Source of the DNA: Candidatus Iainarchaeum sp.
Lineage (GTDB): Archaea; Iainarchaeota; Iainarchaeia; Iainarchaeales; GCA-2688035
Direction: 5' to 3'
Assembly (NCBI GenBank): GCA_017610205.1
Contig: JAFCCL010000008.1
Location: forward strand, 29,932-93,931
Length of the DNA stretch: 64,000 nucleotides
In this document: one piece after another, positions 56,202-64,000 of the stretch
How positions within the stretch are numbered: position 1 is the stretch's first letter
Layout: each line of letters starts with the position of its first letter
The notes under the pieces: model-generated
Databases searched by the model: none
What the model was told of the DNA's origin: nothing
Seen by the model: only the letters and a program-made list of their open reading frames with translations
Translations under genes and position numbers: made by a program

Positions 56202-57680
56202 TTATTTTTGTTTCTTGAAATTGTCGTTTACGTGTGCAAACATTGCTGGCTTTTCTTCCTGCGCAAGTTCTATCATTTTGCTTGCAATTTTCCTGTATCC
56301 CTTGTCTCCTTCGCCGCAGGTTCTTAACTCTGTTAGCACTGTAAGCTGTCTTGCTCCCATGCAGAGCAAATACCTTTTGTTTGAACCCTGTGCTGCAACA
56401 GTTCTTGACATTGCGCCATATTTTTCAAAAACCTTTTCAGCAAGGTCTGATGTTTTCTGCATTGCATTTGAGTAATCTTTTTCTATTTCGGATTCCTTTA
56501 TTAATTCAGGAATTTCAAATCCTGCTTTTCCACGCATTGGCTGTTGGAATCTTAAATTCATCCTGTTTCTCTTAAAGTCTTTCCACATTGCCCAGGCTGA
56601 TTCAATTTCAAACACCAGTGGTCTTGTTTCAAACCCTCTTACCGGATTTGTCCTGTTCTCCCTTCCATTTGTTGCTGCTTCAAATACTTCCTGTTTTTCT
56701 TTTTCTCCAAATCCTGAAACCTTTTCAAGCACTGTTTCAAGCGGAATGCTGCAATAGGGGTATAGTATTTGTGCAAGTGCAAGTTCTTCCATTGGAGGCT
56801 GGTAAAAAAGCTTTACTTTTTCTTTTACTGGCAAAAACTTTTTTTCAAAAAGCTGTTTTCCAAGTTCCCTTAGCCTTTTTTCCCTTTCAACAACTGCTTT
56901 GTCTGTTTTAATTTTTGAAAAATATTCCGGCATTAGCTTGTTTGCCTCTTCAATGCAGTTTTTGGTAAATTGTTGCGTAAAACTGTCTTCATAGCTTAAA
57001 AGCTTGCTAAACAATTCCACTGAAGACCTTGTGTTTCCTCCAAGTATAACTGCGGTGTATGATGCAATTGGAATAAGAAAACGTAGTGAATCAAGAACTG
57101 AAACCTTCTCAGGCAAGTCCTCTTTTGCTTTTTTGTCCCTAAGCCTTTGCGTTAAGAGTTCAAACCCGTTTTCGTACAATTCAAGGTTTTTTGAAATCAC
57201 TTCTTTGGCTTCTGGCCCAAATTCTGACTTCATCAACACAGGATCCCAGTAAACCCTGTCAATTCCAAACTTTTTTGCATATCTTGTGCTGTACTCCATT
57301 GTTGTCATTGGGTAATAGAAATCCTGCTGTATTTCTGTTGCGTAGATTGGGTTTTCTTCTGAGACAAAGAAAATTGAACTGCCTTCTGCTGCGCTTTTGT
57401 GCCCGAATTCAAAAAAGATTTGAGCATTTTTTTCTGCTGCAAACTCTGTCAACGGCTTTAAAGCACTTTCAACACTGTTTTCTTCCTTTATTGCTTTTGC
57501 AACCTTTTCAAAAATTTCCCTGTCCCGCAGCATTTTAATGAACCTTTGCCTGATGTTTGGAAACCTGCTTACTCCCATGTAAAAATAGCTTTGAATTGCA
57601 GCAGGCAATTCTTTCAATGCATAAATTGGCTTGTTTGAATTGGAAAAAAAGTACTCTAAAATAGCTTCCTCGTCTTCCAT
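56202..57680 (-). CDS. thyX: FAD-dependent thymidylate synthase, long duplicated-domain type
   Basis: FGHKSAAE, EYSTRY, DSLRFLIP, DFKRNR, ELRT...YRKIA. Confidence 0.8.
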   Translation of the reverse strand: MEDEEAILEYFFSNSNKPIYALKELPAAIQSYFYMGVSRFPNIRQRFIKMLRDREIFEKVAKAIKEENSVESALKPLTEFAAEKNAQIFFEFGHKSAAEGSSIFFVSEENPIYATEIQQDFYYPMTTMEYSTRYAKKFGIDRVYWDPVLMKSEFGPEAKEVISKNLELYENGFELLTQRLRDKKAKEDLPEKVSVLDSLRFLIPIASYTAVILGGNTRSSVELFSKLLSYEDSFTQQFTKNCIEEANKLMPEYFSKIKTDKAVVEREKRLRELGKQLFEKKFLPVKEKVKLFYQPPMEELALAQILYPYCSIPLETVLEKVSGFGEKEKQEVFEAATNGRENRTNPVRGFETRPLVFEIESAWAMWKDFKRNRMNLRFQQPMRGKAGFEIPELIKESEIEKDYSNAMQKTSDLAEKVFEKYGAMSRTVAAQGSNKRYLLCMGARQLTVLTELRTCGEGDKGYRKIASKMIELAQEEKPAMFAHVNDNFKKQK

Positions 57681-57857
57681 GCAATAAATTACTTTAAAAG
57701 TCTTTAAATAACATTCTTTGGCTTTTTGCCTGTTTTCCCAATACTTTTAAAACCCTTTTCTCCGATTATATAATTAATCAGTTTGAGCCAAAAAAAGTAC
57801 TTTTTTTTGGAATTTAAGAATTTAATTTTTTTTAAAATGGAGCTAGGGGTGAGTAAT

Positions 57858-60800
57858 TTGAGTGATAAAACATGGGTTTATTCTTTTGACGAGGTCAAGG
57901 GTGCAAATTCACAGGAGTGGATTTTTAAATTGGGAAACAAGGGAGCACAGCTTGCGGAAATGACTGAATCAAAGCTTCCTGTTCCACAGGGCTTTACTAT
58001 TACTACAGAGGCCTGCAACCAGTTTTATGAAGAGGGCAAGAAATGGCCTTCTGGCTTGGAAGAGCAGATTAAGAAAAAGCTTAAAAAGCTTGAAAAGCAA
58101 ATGGACAAAGAGCTTGGTGGCAAGGAAAAGCCTTTGTTTTTGAGTGTAAGGTCTGGTTCCTATGTGTCAATGCCTGGAATGATGGATACTGTTTTGAATT
58201 TGGGCATGAATGATGAAACTGTTGAAATTTTTGCCAAAAAAACAGGAAATGAAAGGGCAGCTTATGACAGTTACAGAAGGTTTATTACAATGTTTGGCGA
58301 CGTGGTAATGGGTGTTAAACACTCTTTTTTTGAGAAAATTTTGGACAAGGCAAAGGAAACAAAGGGTGTCAGTGACGACACAGGTCTTGATACAGAAGAT
58401 TTAAAGGCACTAATTCCAAAATACAAAGAGCTTGTAAGAAAAGAGGCAGGAAAGGATTTTCCACAGGATTCCTGGACACAGCTTGAACTGGCAATTAATG
58501 CTGTTTTTGACAGCTGGAATACTCCAAGGGCAATTTCTTACAGGAGAATAAACCATTTAAGAAGGGATGCAGGAACAGGTGTAAATGTTCAGGCAATGGT
58601 TTTTGGAAACATGGGCGAAGATTCAGGAACAGGTGTTTCTTTTACAAGAAACCCTGCAAACGGAAAAAAAGAGCACTATGGAGAATTTTTGATTAATGCA
58701 CAGGGAGAAGATGTTGTTGCAGGAATCAGGACTCCAAGGCCTGTTGACGAGCTAAAGAACGTGTTGCCAGAGGTTTATGAAGAGCTTTTGAAAATCTATG
58801 ACACTTTGGAAAACCACTATAAGGATTTGCAGGATTTTGAGTTCACAATTGAAAACAAAAAGCTTTACCTTTTGCAGACAAGAAACGGCAAAAGAACTGC
58901 ACAGGCTGCAGTAAAGATTGCAGTTGACATGGAAAAAGAGGGTCTTTTGACAAAAGAGGAGGCTGTTTTGAAAGTAAAGCCAGAACAGCTTGACCAGTTA
59001 TTGCACAAGCAGCTTGATGAAAAAGCAAAAAAGGAAAACAAGGTAATTGTAACTGGGTTGCCTGCTTCTCCTGGAGCAGCTGTTGGAAAGGTTGTCTTTA
59101 CTGCAGAGAAAGCAAAGGATTTGTTTGATGAGAACAGCCATGAAAAGCTTATCCTGGTCAGAACTGAAACAAGCCCTGATGACATTGAAGGAATGAATGC
59201 AGCGCAGGGAATCCTGACAGCAAGAGGCGGAATGACTTGTGTTGGGGAGGATTCCCTGCTTTTAACTGACAAGGGCTTCTTTTCTGCCAAGGAATTGTTT
59301 GGGTTAATTGAAGCAGGTGAAAAGCCAAAGATTCTTTCATTTGATAATGCTGTAATGAAGTCAAAATGGAAACCGGTAATTGCTGCAGGGAAAAAAGTTT
59401 CTGAAACAATAAAAGTTAATTTCTCCCAATCAGGAAGAACAAAAGACAATTCCCTTGTTATTACCCCTGACCACAAAATGATGGTTGTTGACAAGAGGAA
59501 AATTGTTAAGAAAGAATTACAGAATGTTTTGAATGAAGGCGATTTTGTTTCAATTGTTGACAAGATACCTTTTGAACCAAAGCATAATGACCCAAGATTT
59601 GCTTATTTAGTTGGTGTAATTTCAACTGATGGGTACATTAACCTTACGCGTAGAAGAGGCGCTGTGTGGTTTACCCCAAAGAACATTCCTTCAAAAGCCA
59701 GTTTTATTCACACTGTAAACCAATACTTTTTGGAGTTGTTTGGTTATGAAATGAAACAGAGGATTAAAACTTCTAACAATTTTTTTAGAGGTAGAACCAT
59801 TAGTGGAAGCGCCACTGATTTCATATGTCACAGCAAGGCAGTTGCCTCTCAATTTATGGAAACAAGGCAGGAATTATGCCAGTGGGCAATGGGTCTTGAT
59901 GAACAATCTACGCTGCAATTCTTGGCAGGTGTAATTGATGGAGATGGCTCTTTTAGCAATAACAGGATTCAAATCTATGTTTTGAAGGAAAACCTTGCCC
60001 AGGCAATTGTTGTTTCCTGTTTAAAATTAGGTATAGTTCCCCAGGTTTCTACCAATAGAAACATTTACAATATTCAACTAGTGGAAAAAATGAATGGAAT
60101 CTTATGCCATTCAAAGAGGTTTATGCCTAAAGCAAAAGAAAAGTTGTATGAATCAAAGCTCTTTGGCGTAAAACAGTTGTTTGAAGATTGCATTTCTGAT
60201 GTAAAATTGCATTCAAACAGCAAACAACGGATAAAGGACGGAATAAAAAGAAACCTGTTGTTCGGAAAGAATAAAACAGACAAGTACTCTGCAAAAATTT
60301 CAAATAACACAATAAGAAAAGAATTGCAGCAAATTCTTGGATCTGACTTGAGAATGTACAGAGTACAAAAAATCAGTGACAAAGGCAAACAAGTAGTCTA
60401 TAATTTTGAGGTTGATTCAATAAATGAATTAGACAAAAATTTTGTTGTTTTCACAAAAAAATTCACACCATTACTTGTTTCAAATTCTCATGCAGCAGTT
60501 GTTGCAAGGGGAATGGGAAAATGCTGTGTTGCAGGAGCAGGTGATATCAAGGTTAATGAAAAGGAAGGAGTTTTCAAAATAAAGGATTTGGAGATTAAGG
60601 AAGGAGACTGGATTTCTTTGGATGGAAGCACCGGAGAAGTTTTCAGCGGTCAGATTCCTTTGGTTGAACCTGAAATGCATGGAGATTTTGAAACCTTGAT
60701 GAAGTGGGCAGATTCTTTCAGAAAATTAAAGGTTAAAACAAATGCTGACACTCCAAAAGATGCAAAAATTGCTTTGGATTTTGGAGCAGAAGGAATTGGT

Positions 60801-61751
60801 TTGGTTAGAACAGAGCACATGTTCTTTGAAGGTGAAAGAATAAAGGCAGTGAGGGAAATGATTTTGTCAGAAAGCCTTGAGGGAAGAAAAACAGCCCTTG
60901 CAAAGCTTTTGCCTTTTCAAAAGCAGGATTTTGCAGGAATCTTTGGAGTAATGGACAAGCTTCCTGTAGTAATAAGGCTTTTGGATCCGCCTTTGCACGA
61001 GTTCCTTCCAAAAGAGGAAAAGGACATGAAAATTCTTGCAGACGAAATGAATGTTTCTACTGAAAAAATCAGGGAAATTTCAGAGTCATTGCACGAATTC
61101 AATCCAATGCTTGGATTTAGAGGATGCAGGCTTGGAATGGTTTACCCTGAAATAAACGAAATGCAGGCTCAGGCAATTTTTGAAGCTGCACTGGAAGAGC
61201 TTGGAAAAGGAGTTACTCCAATGCCCTGGATTGAGGTTCCATTGGTTGGAAACCTAAAGGAATTCCTAAAAATAAAGGAACTTATCCAAAAGGTTGCAAA
61301 GGAAACAGGTGCAGACGGCAAAGTAGATTACAAAATCGGAACAATGATTGAGGTTCCAAGAGCTGCTTTGACAGCTGACGAAATTGCAAAGGAAGCCGAT
61401 TTCCTTTCATTTGGAACAAATGACCTAACACAGATGACCTGTGGCTTTTCAAGGGACGATGCAGCAAAATTCCTAAAGCCATATGTTGACGATTTGGGAG
61501 TTTACCAAAAAGACCCATTCCAAACCATTGACCAGTCAGGAGTAGGCATGCTAATGCAAATATGTGTTAAAAAGGCAAGAAAAGCAAAACCGGAAATAGA
61601 AATCGGAATATGCGGAGAGCACGGAGGAGACCCTGAAAGCGTTGAATTCTGCCACAGAATAGGCTTGAATGACGTAAGCTGTTCGCCTTACAGGGTTCCG
61701 ATTGCAAGGCTTGCAGCAGCACAGGCTGCAATTAAGGAAAAGAAAAAATAA
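57858..61751 (+). CDS. ppdK: Pyruvate, phosphate dikinase with an intein
   Basis: LGNKGAQL, SVRSG..SMPGMMDTVLNLG, GGMT|SHAAVVAR, GIGLVRTEHMF, FGTNDLTQ, GICGEHGG. Confidence 0.96.
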   Translation: MSDKTWVYSFDEVKGANSQEWIFKLGNKGAQLAEMTESKLPVPQGFTITTEACNQFYEEGKKWPSGLEEQIKKKLKKLEKQMDKELGGKEKPLFLSVRSGSYVSMPGMMDTVLNLGMNDETVEIFAKKTGNERAAYDSYRRFITMFGDVVMGVKHSFFEKILDKAKETKGVSDDTGLDTEDLKALIPKYKELVRKEAGKDFPQDSWTQLELAINAVFDSWNTPRAISYRRINHLRRDAGTGVNVQAMVFGNMGEDSGTGVSFTRNPANGKKEHYGEFLINAQGEDVVAGIRTPRPVDELKNVLPEVYEELLKIYDTLENHYKDLQDFEFTIENKKLYLLQTRNGKRTAQAAVKIAVDMEKEGLLTKEEAVLKVKPEQLDQLLHKQLDEKAKKENKVIVTGLPASPGAAVGKVVFTAEKAKDLFDENSHEKLILVRTETSPDDIEGMNAAQGILTARGGMTCVGEDSLLLTDKGFFSAKELFGLIEAGEKPKILSFDNAVMKSKWKPVIAAGKKVSETIKVNFSQSGRTKDNSLVITPDHKMMVVDKRKIVKKELQNVLNEGDFVSIVDKIPFEPKHNDPRFAYLVGVISTDGYINLTRRRGAVWFTPKNIPSKASFIHTVNQYFLELFGYEMKQRIKTSNNFFRGRTISGSATDFICHSKAVASQFMETRQELCQWAMGLDEQSTLQFLAGVIDGDGSFSNNRIQIYVLKENLAQAIVVSCLKLGIVPQVSTNRNIYNIQLVEKMNGILCHSKRFMPKAKEKLYESKLFGVKQLFEDCISDVKLHSNSKQRIKDGIKRNLLFGKNKTDKYSAKISNNTIRKELQQILGSDLRMYRVQKISDKGKQVVYNFEVDSINELDKNFVVFTKKFTPLLVSNSHAAVVARGMGKCCVAGAGDIKVNEKEGVFKIKDLEIKEGDWISLDGSTGEVFSGQIPLVEPEMHGDFETLMKWADSFRKLKVKTNADTPKDAKIALDFGAEGIGLVRTEHMFFEGERIKAVREMILSESLEGRKTALAKLLPFQKQDFAGIFGVMDKLPVVIRLLDPPLHEFLPKEEKDMKILADEMNVSTEKIREISESLHEFNPMLGFRGCRLGMVYPEINEMQAQAIFEAALEELGKGVTPMPWIEVPLVGNLKEFLKIKELIQKVAKETGADGKVDYKIGTMIEVPRAALTADEIAKEADFLSFGTNDLTQMTCGFSRDDAAKFLKPYVDDLGVYQKDPFQTIDQSGVGMLMQICVKKARKAKPEIEIGICGEHGGDPESVEFCHRIGLNDVSCSPYRVPIARLAAAQAAIKEKKK
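59238..60485 (+). mobile_element. Intein (416 aa) with a LAGLIDADG homing endonuclease
   Basis: Starts C(VGEDSLLLT); block B ITPDHKM; LVGVISTDG and LAGVIDGDG; block F VYNFEV; ends VSN followed by a Ser extein residue. Confidence 0.95.
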
Positions 61752-61780
61752 TTAGTTTTTTGTTGTTGTGAAATTGGGGT

Positions 61781-62641
61781 TCATTTTTTCTTTTTGAACT
61801 CCATTTCAATTCTTGTTTTTTCAGACATGTAAAATAGTTTTCTTCTATGAATTTCTCTTTTAATTCTGTCCAAAATCTTTTTGAGGCTCTTGTCATTTGT
61901 TTGCCTTCCAATGTAAGCATACATTTTTTCAGCTGATTCTATAAGATTAAAATATTGCTGTGTGATGGCATATTCTGCAAGCAATGACTGTTTAAGATAT
62001 TTAACCGCACTAATTTTTTCTTCGGCATACATATTAGCCAATTTCTTAATGCGTTTACTTGTTCTAATGTTTTGTTTTTCAATTCCCATTCCTGCAAGCA
62101 CAACACTTTGCCTGTGCATTGCATATTTTTTGTCATTGCTTATCTTAAGTCTTGTTAAAAGCTCGCAAAACTGTGCCAGTTTGCCTGCCTTTCCAAACTC
62201 TGCCATTCTTCCAAAAAACATTATTTCAGAATTTATCGCGGCTTTTAATTCTTTCATTGCAAGAACTCTTTGGATAGCATTCCAGTCATTTTTATTGAAT
62301 AACTTTTTGTTTGCAGCAGCTCTCATTTTCAAAAAGTTTTCTTTATCCTCAAGCATTTTTTTCGAGCTTTTCTGGGCTTTAAGGAACATTTCAAGAAGCT
62401 TTTTCGGCTTTGCCTTGCCGCTAAACAAATAGTTTTCAATTCCGCGCCAATTTTCAATGCTTTGCCCTTTGCTTTCTTTGCTTTTGTTCAATGGCCTTAA
62501 CAGGGTTTTTGCCATTCTTTCCCTTGCCCTGATTTCCGCAAACAATTCAGGATTTCTTACACGAAACCTTCCTGTTTCCACTGCCCAAAATTGTTTTTCA
62601 TTCTGTTGCTTTTGCTTTGCCCAGGTTTTATTTTTTGGCAT
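61781..62641 (-). CDS. Basic alpha-helical hypothetical protein
   Basis: 286-aa ORF starting 2 bp after the Cas4-like gene. Confidence 0.65.
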   Translation of the reverse strand: MPKNKTWAKQKQQNEKQFWAVETGRFRVRNPELFAEIRARERMAKTLLRPLNKSKESKGQSIENWRGIENYLFSGKAKPKKLLEMFLKAQKSSKKMLEDKENFLKMRAAANKKLFNKNDWNAIQRVLAMKELKAAINSEIMFFGRMAEFGKAGKLAQFCELLTRLKISNDKKYAMHRQSVVLAGMGIEKQNIRTSKRIKKLANMYAEEKISAVKYLKQSLLAEYAITQQYFNLIESAEKMYAYIGRQTNDKSLKKILDRIKREIHRRKLFYMSEKTRIEMEFKKKK

Positions 62642-62643
62642 TG

Positions 62644-63318
62644 TCAGGCCTCATTCTTTTCGCATTTTTCTGAGTACTCGCAAAACCTGCATAGCCAGTT
62701 TTTTTTCTCATCACGTTTTGCTTCGTCTATTGGCAAAAGTTTTTGGGTTAGCAACTGGTGCATTTGCTTGAATCTTTCCATTATTGCATTTATTTCTTCT
62801 TCGTTGTATGTGATTTCAAACTGTTTGCTTTGAAGGTTTCCTTTGTCAATGTAGAGAACAACTCCGTTGTGAATGCCTGTTGCATGCATGTACAACTGCA
62901 GTTGCATAATGTGGGCTTCGCTTGTTTCTTTTATAAAGTCAATGCTTTTTGTTGACTTTACTTCAACCACTACTGTTTTTCCGCTTGTTTTTACAAGCAC
63001 AAGGTCGTCAACACGTCCGCTTATTGTAAAATCAGGGGTTTCAATTTTTAATGGAAATTCGCTTTTAAGCAATTGCACTTCCTGATTTTTTTCACTTTCC
63101 AAAACCTTTACAACAAAATCGTGCATCATGTTTCCCATTTCAAAAATTTTCAAAAGCTCTGGCTGCAATTCCACCGGATAAAAGTAGCTGTACCAGACCT
63201 TTCTCATGCATCCTCCAACTTCGCTTGGGTAATATCTGCCAACGCTTTTTCTCCAGCTTCCGCTTTTTTTAAGATGTGCAGTAACCATTTTGTTAAAATC
63301 AAACAATTTTTTTTTCAC
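62644..63318 (-). CDS. Solo Cas4-like PD-(D/E)XK Fe-S nuclease
   Basis: YPSEVGGCMRK, GNMMH, GRVDD, EVKS, QLQLY, CRFCEYSEKC. Confidence 0.88.
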   Translation of the reverse strand: MKKKLFDFNKMVTAHLKKSGSWRKSVGRYYPSEVGGCMRKVWYSYFYPVELQPELLKIFEMGNMMHDFVVKVLESEKNQEVQLLKSEFPLKIETPDFTISGRVDDLVLVKTSGKTVVVEVKSTKSIDFIKETSEAHIMQLQLYMHATGIHNGVVLYIDKGNLQSKQFEITYNEEEINAIMERFKQMHQLLTQKLLPIDEAKRDEKKNWLCRFCEYSEKCEKNEA

Positions 63319-63512
63319 CTAAGAAATTTCTTGCCTGAAAGGGTTTTTAAGGCTCTACCCTAGTCCAGGTTTCCACTAAAAAATACGTTAAAGTACACAG
63401 GATTCTTTTTTCCAGTCTAAAAATCTCCCGACTGGGTAACAATCAGAAATCCACTGTCGCTCTTCCAAAAAGGGCCTGAAAATTCTTTTAAATTGTAGTT
63501 GATAATATAGTA

Positions 63513-63787
63513 TTGATGGCTAAAGGGTTTTCTTTCAAAGAAGTTGACAGAATTCCAGACGAATGGGTTAAATATGTAGGTCGGTCCGGAGGGGACTTAA
63601 TAGTTGGTGCTTTTTTTGAAGGCAATCTTGTTGGTCTTGTTTTTGGAAGTGTTATTCAGCCTAAAAAGTTAGATAAAAAGAGTTTTTTAGTGCCGTGCCG
63701 AGAGAAACCTGCCTGCTTTAGCGGGCAGATGAATCGAGGCAATTGGTAAGGGGTTGTTAAGGGAAACAGCCAGATTTTCCCCTTAAT
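63513..63787 (+). pseudogene. Frameshifted GNAT acetyltransferase remnant
   Basis: VGAFFEGNLVGLV strand; removing one A near 63741 gives NRGIGKGLLRE (GNAT motif A). Confidence 0.45.
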
Positions 63788-63846
63788 GCAGCTATTTCTA
63801 TAAGTTTAAACAAAAATAGTATTGAGAAAACAGAACATACGGCGCG

Positions 63847-64000
63847 GCTGCCTTACGGCGGCACACACCTTACTTATTAATCTATATAGTGGTAGCTGTA
63901 GAAAAAGGTTTCTGTTTGCTCAGGAGTTGAAAAAAAATCATGAAAACAGGAATCAAGCTAACAAGTTATAATCATACAGTTGGTGAGTCAAACTGCCACC
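63847..64000 (+). mobile_element. Possible IS200/IS605 left end and TnpA start (truncated by the window)
   Basis: Hairpin GCTGCC-TTAC-GGCGGC (63847-63862); AGGAG RBS; ATG 63940 MKTGIKLTSYNHTVGESNCH resembles the segment before the TnpA H...(P)KYR motif. Confidence 0.4.

Noticed and set aside
62644-63318. CRISPR-Cas locus around the Cas4-like gene
   Set aside because: No cas1/cas2 or array is in the window; solo Cas4-like nucleases are common in archaea.
63369-63377. ORB origin box (GTTTCCACT)
   Set aside because: Single partial match, no G-string and no cdc6/orc1 nearby.

Overview
Low-GC archaeal DNA (TATA-type promoters, GGTGA ribosome-binding motifs, archaeal DTD2, AcnX/UbiD-type mevalonate genes). 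It looks most like a DPANN lineage such as Diapherotrites/Iainarchaeota, which is an inference. The left half (about 5-28 kb) is an accessory/defence region: a UvrD-nuclease fusion, a metallophosphoesterase, a RecB-like nuclease, an MvaI/BcnI-type restriction-modification set, an RHH + ParB-like/HEPN-like + Dam-like operon, a HEPN-like orphan, an XPD/DinG helicase, a clostripain-family protease and three toxin-antitoxin pairs that share short flanking motifs. At 28.8-29.9 kb there is a 1.1 kb gene-free stretch that folds into a densely helical candidate RNA of about 710 nt plus a second one of about 190 nt, next to an extremely basic orphan protein. This is the most novel-looking signal in the window. 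The right half holds a Cys/Asp-repeat surface protein, a NagB-PIG-L fusion, DTD2 and a complete clustered archaeal (modified) mevalonate pathway. That cluster is interrupted by a free-standing LAGLIDADG gene, a methyltransferase, a HAD hydrolase and a regulator/radical-SAM block whose radical SAM ORF runs in frame into isopentenyl phosphate kinase. It is followed by a GltD-like oxidoreductase, ThyX, an intein-containing PPDK, a solo Cas4-like nuclease and a possible IS200/IS605 start. No tRNA, rRNA or CRISPR array was seen. All calls come from motifs read by eye; no searches were run.
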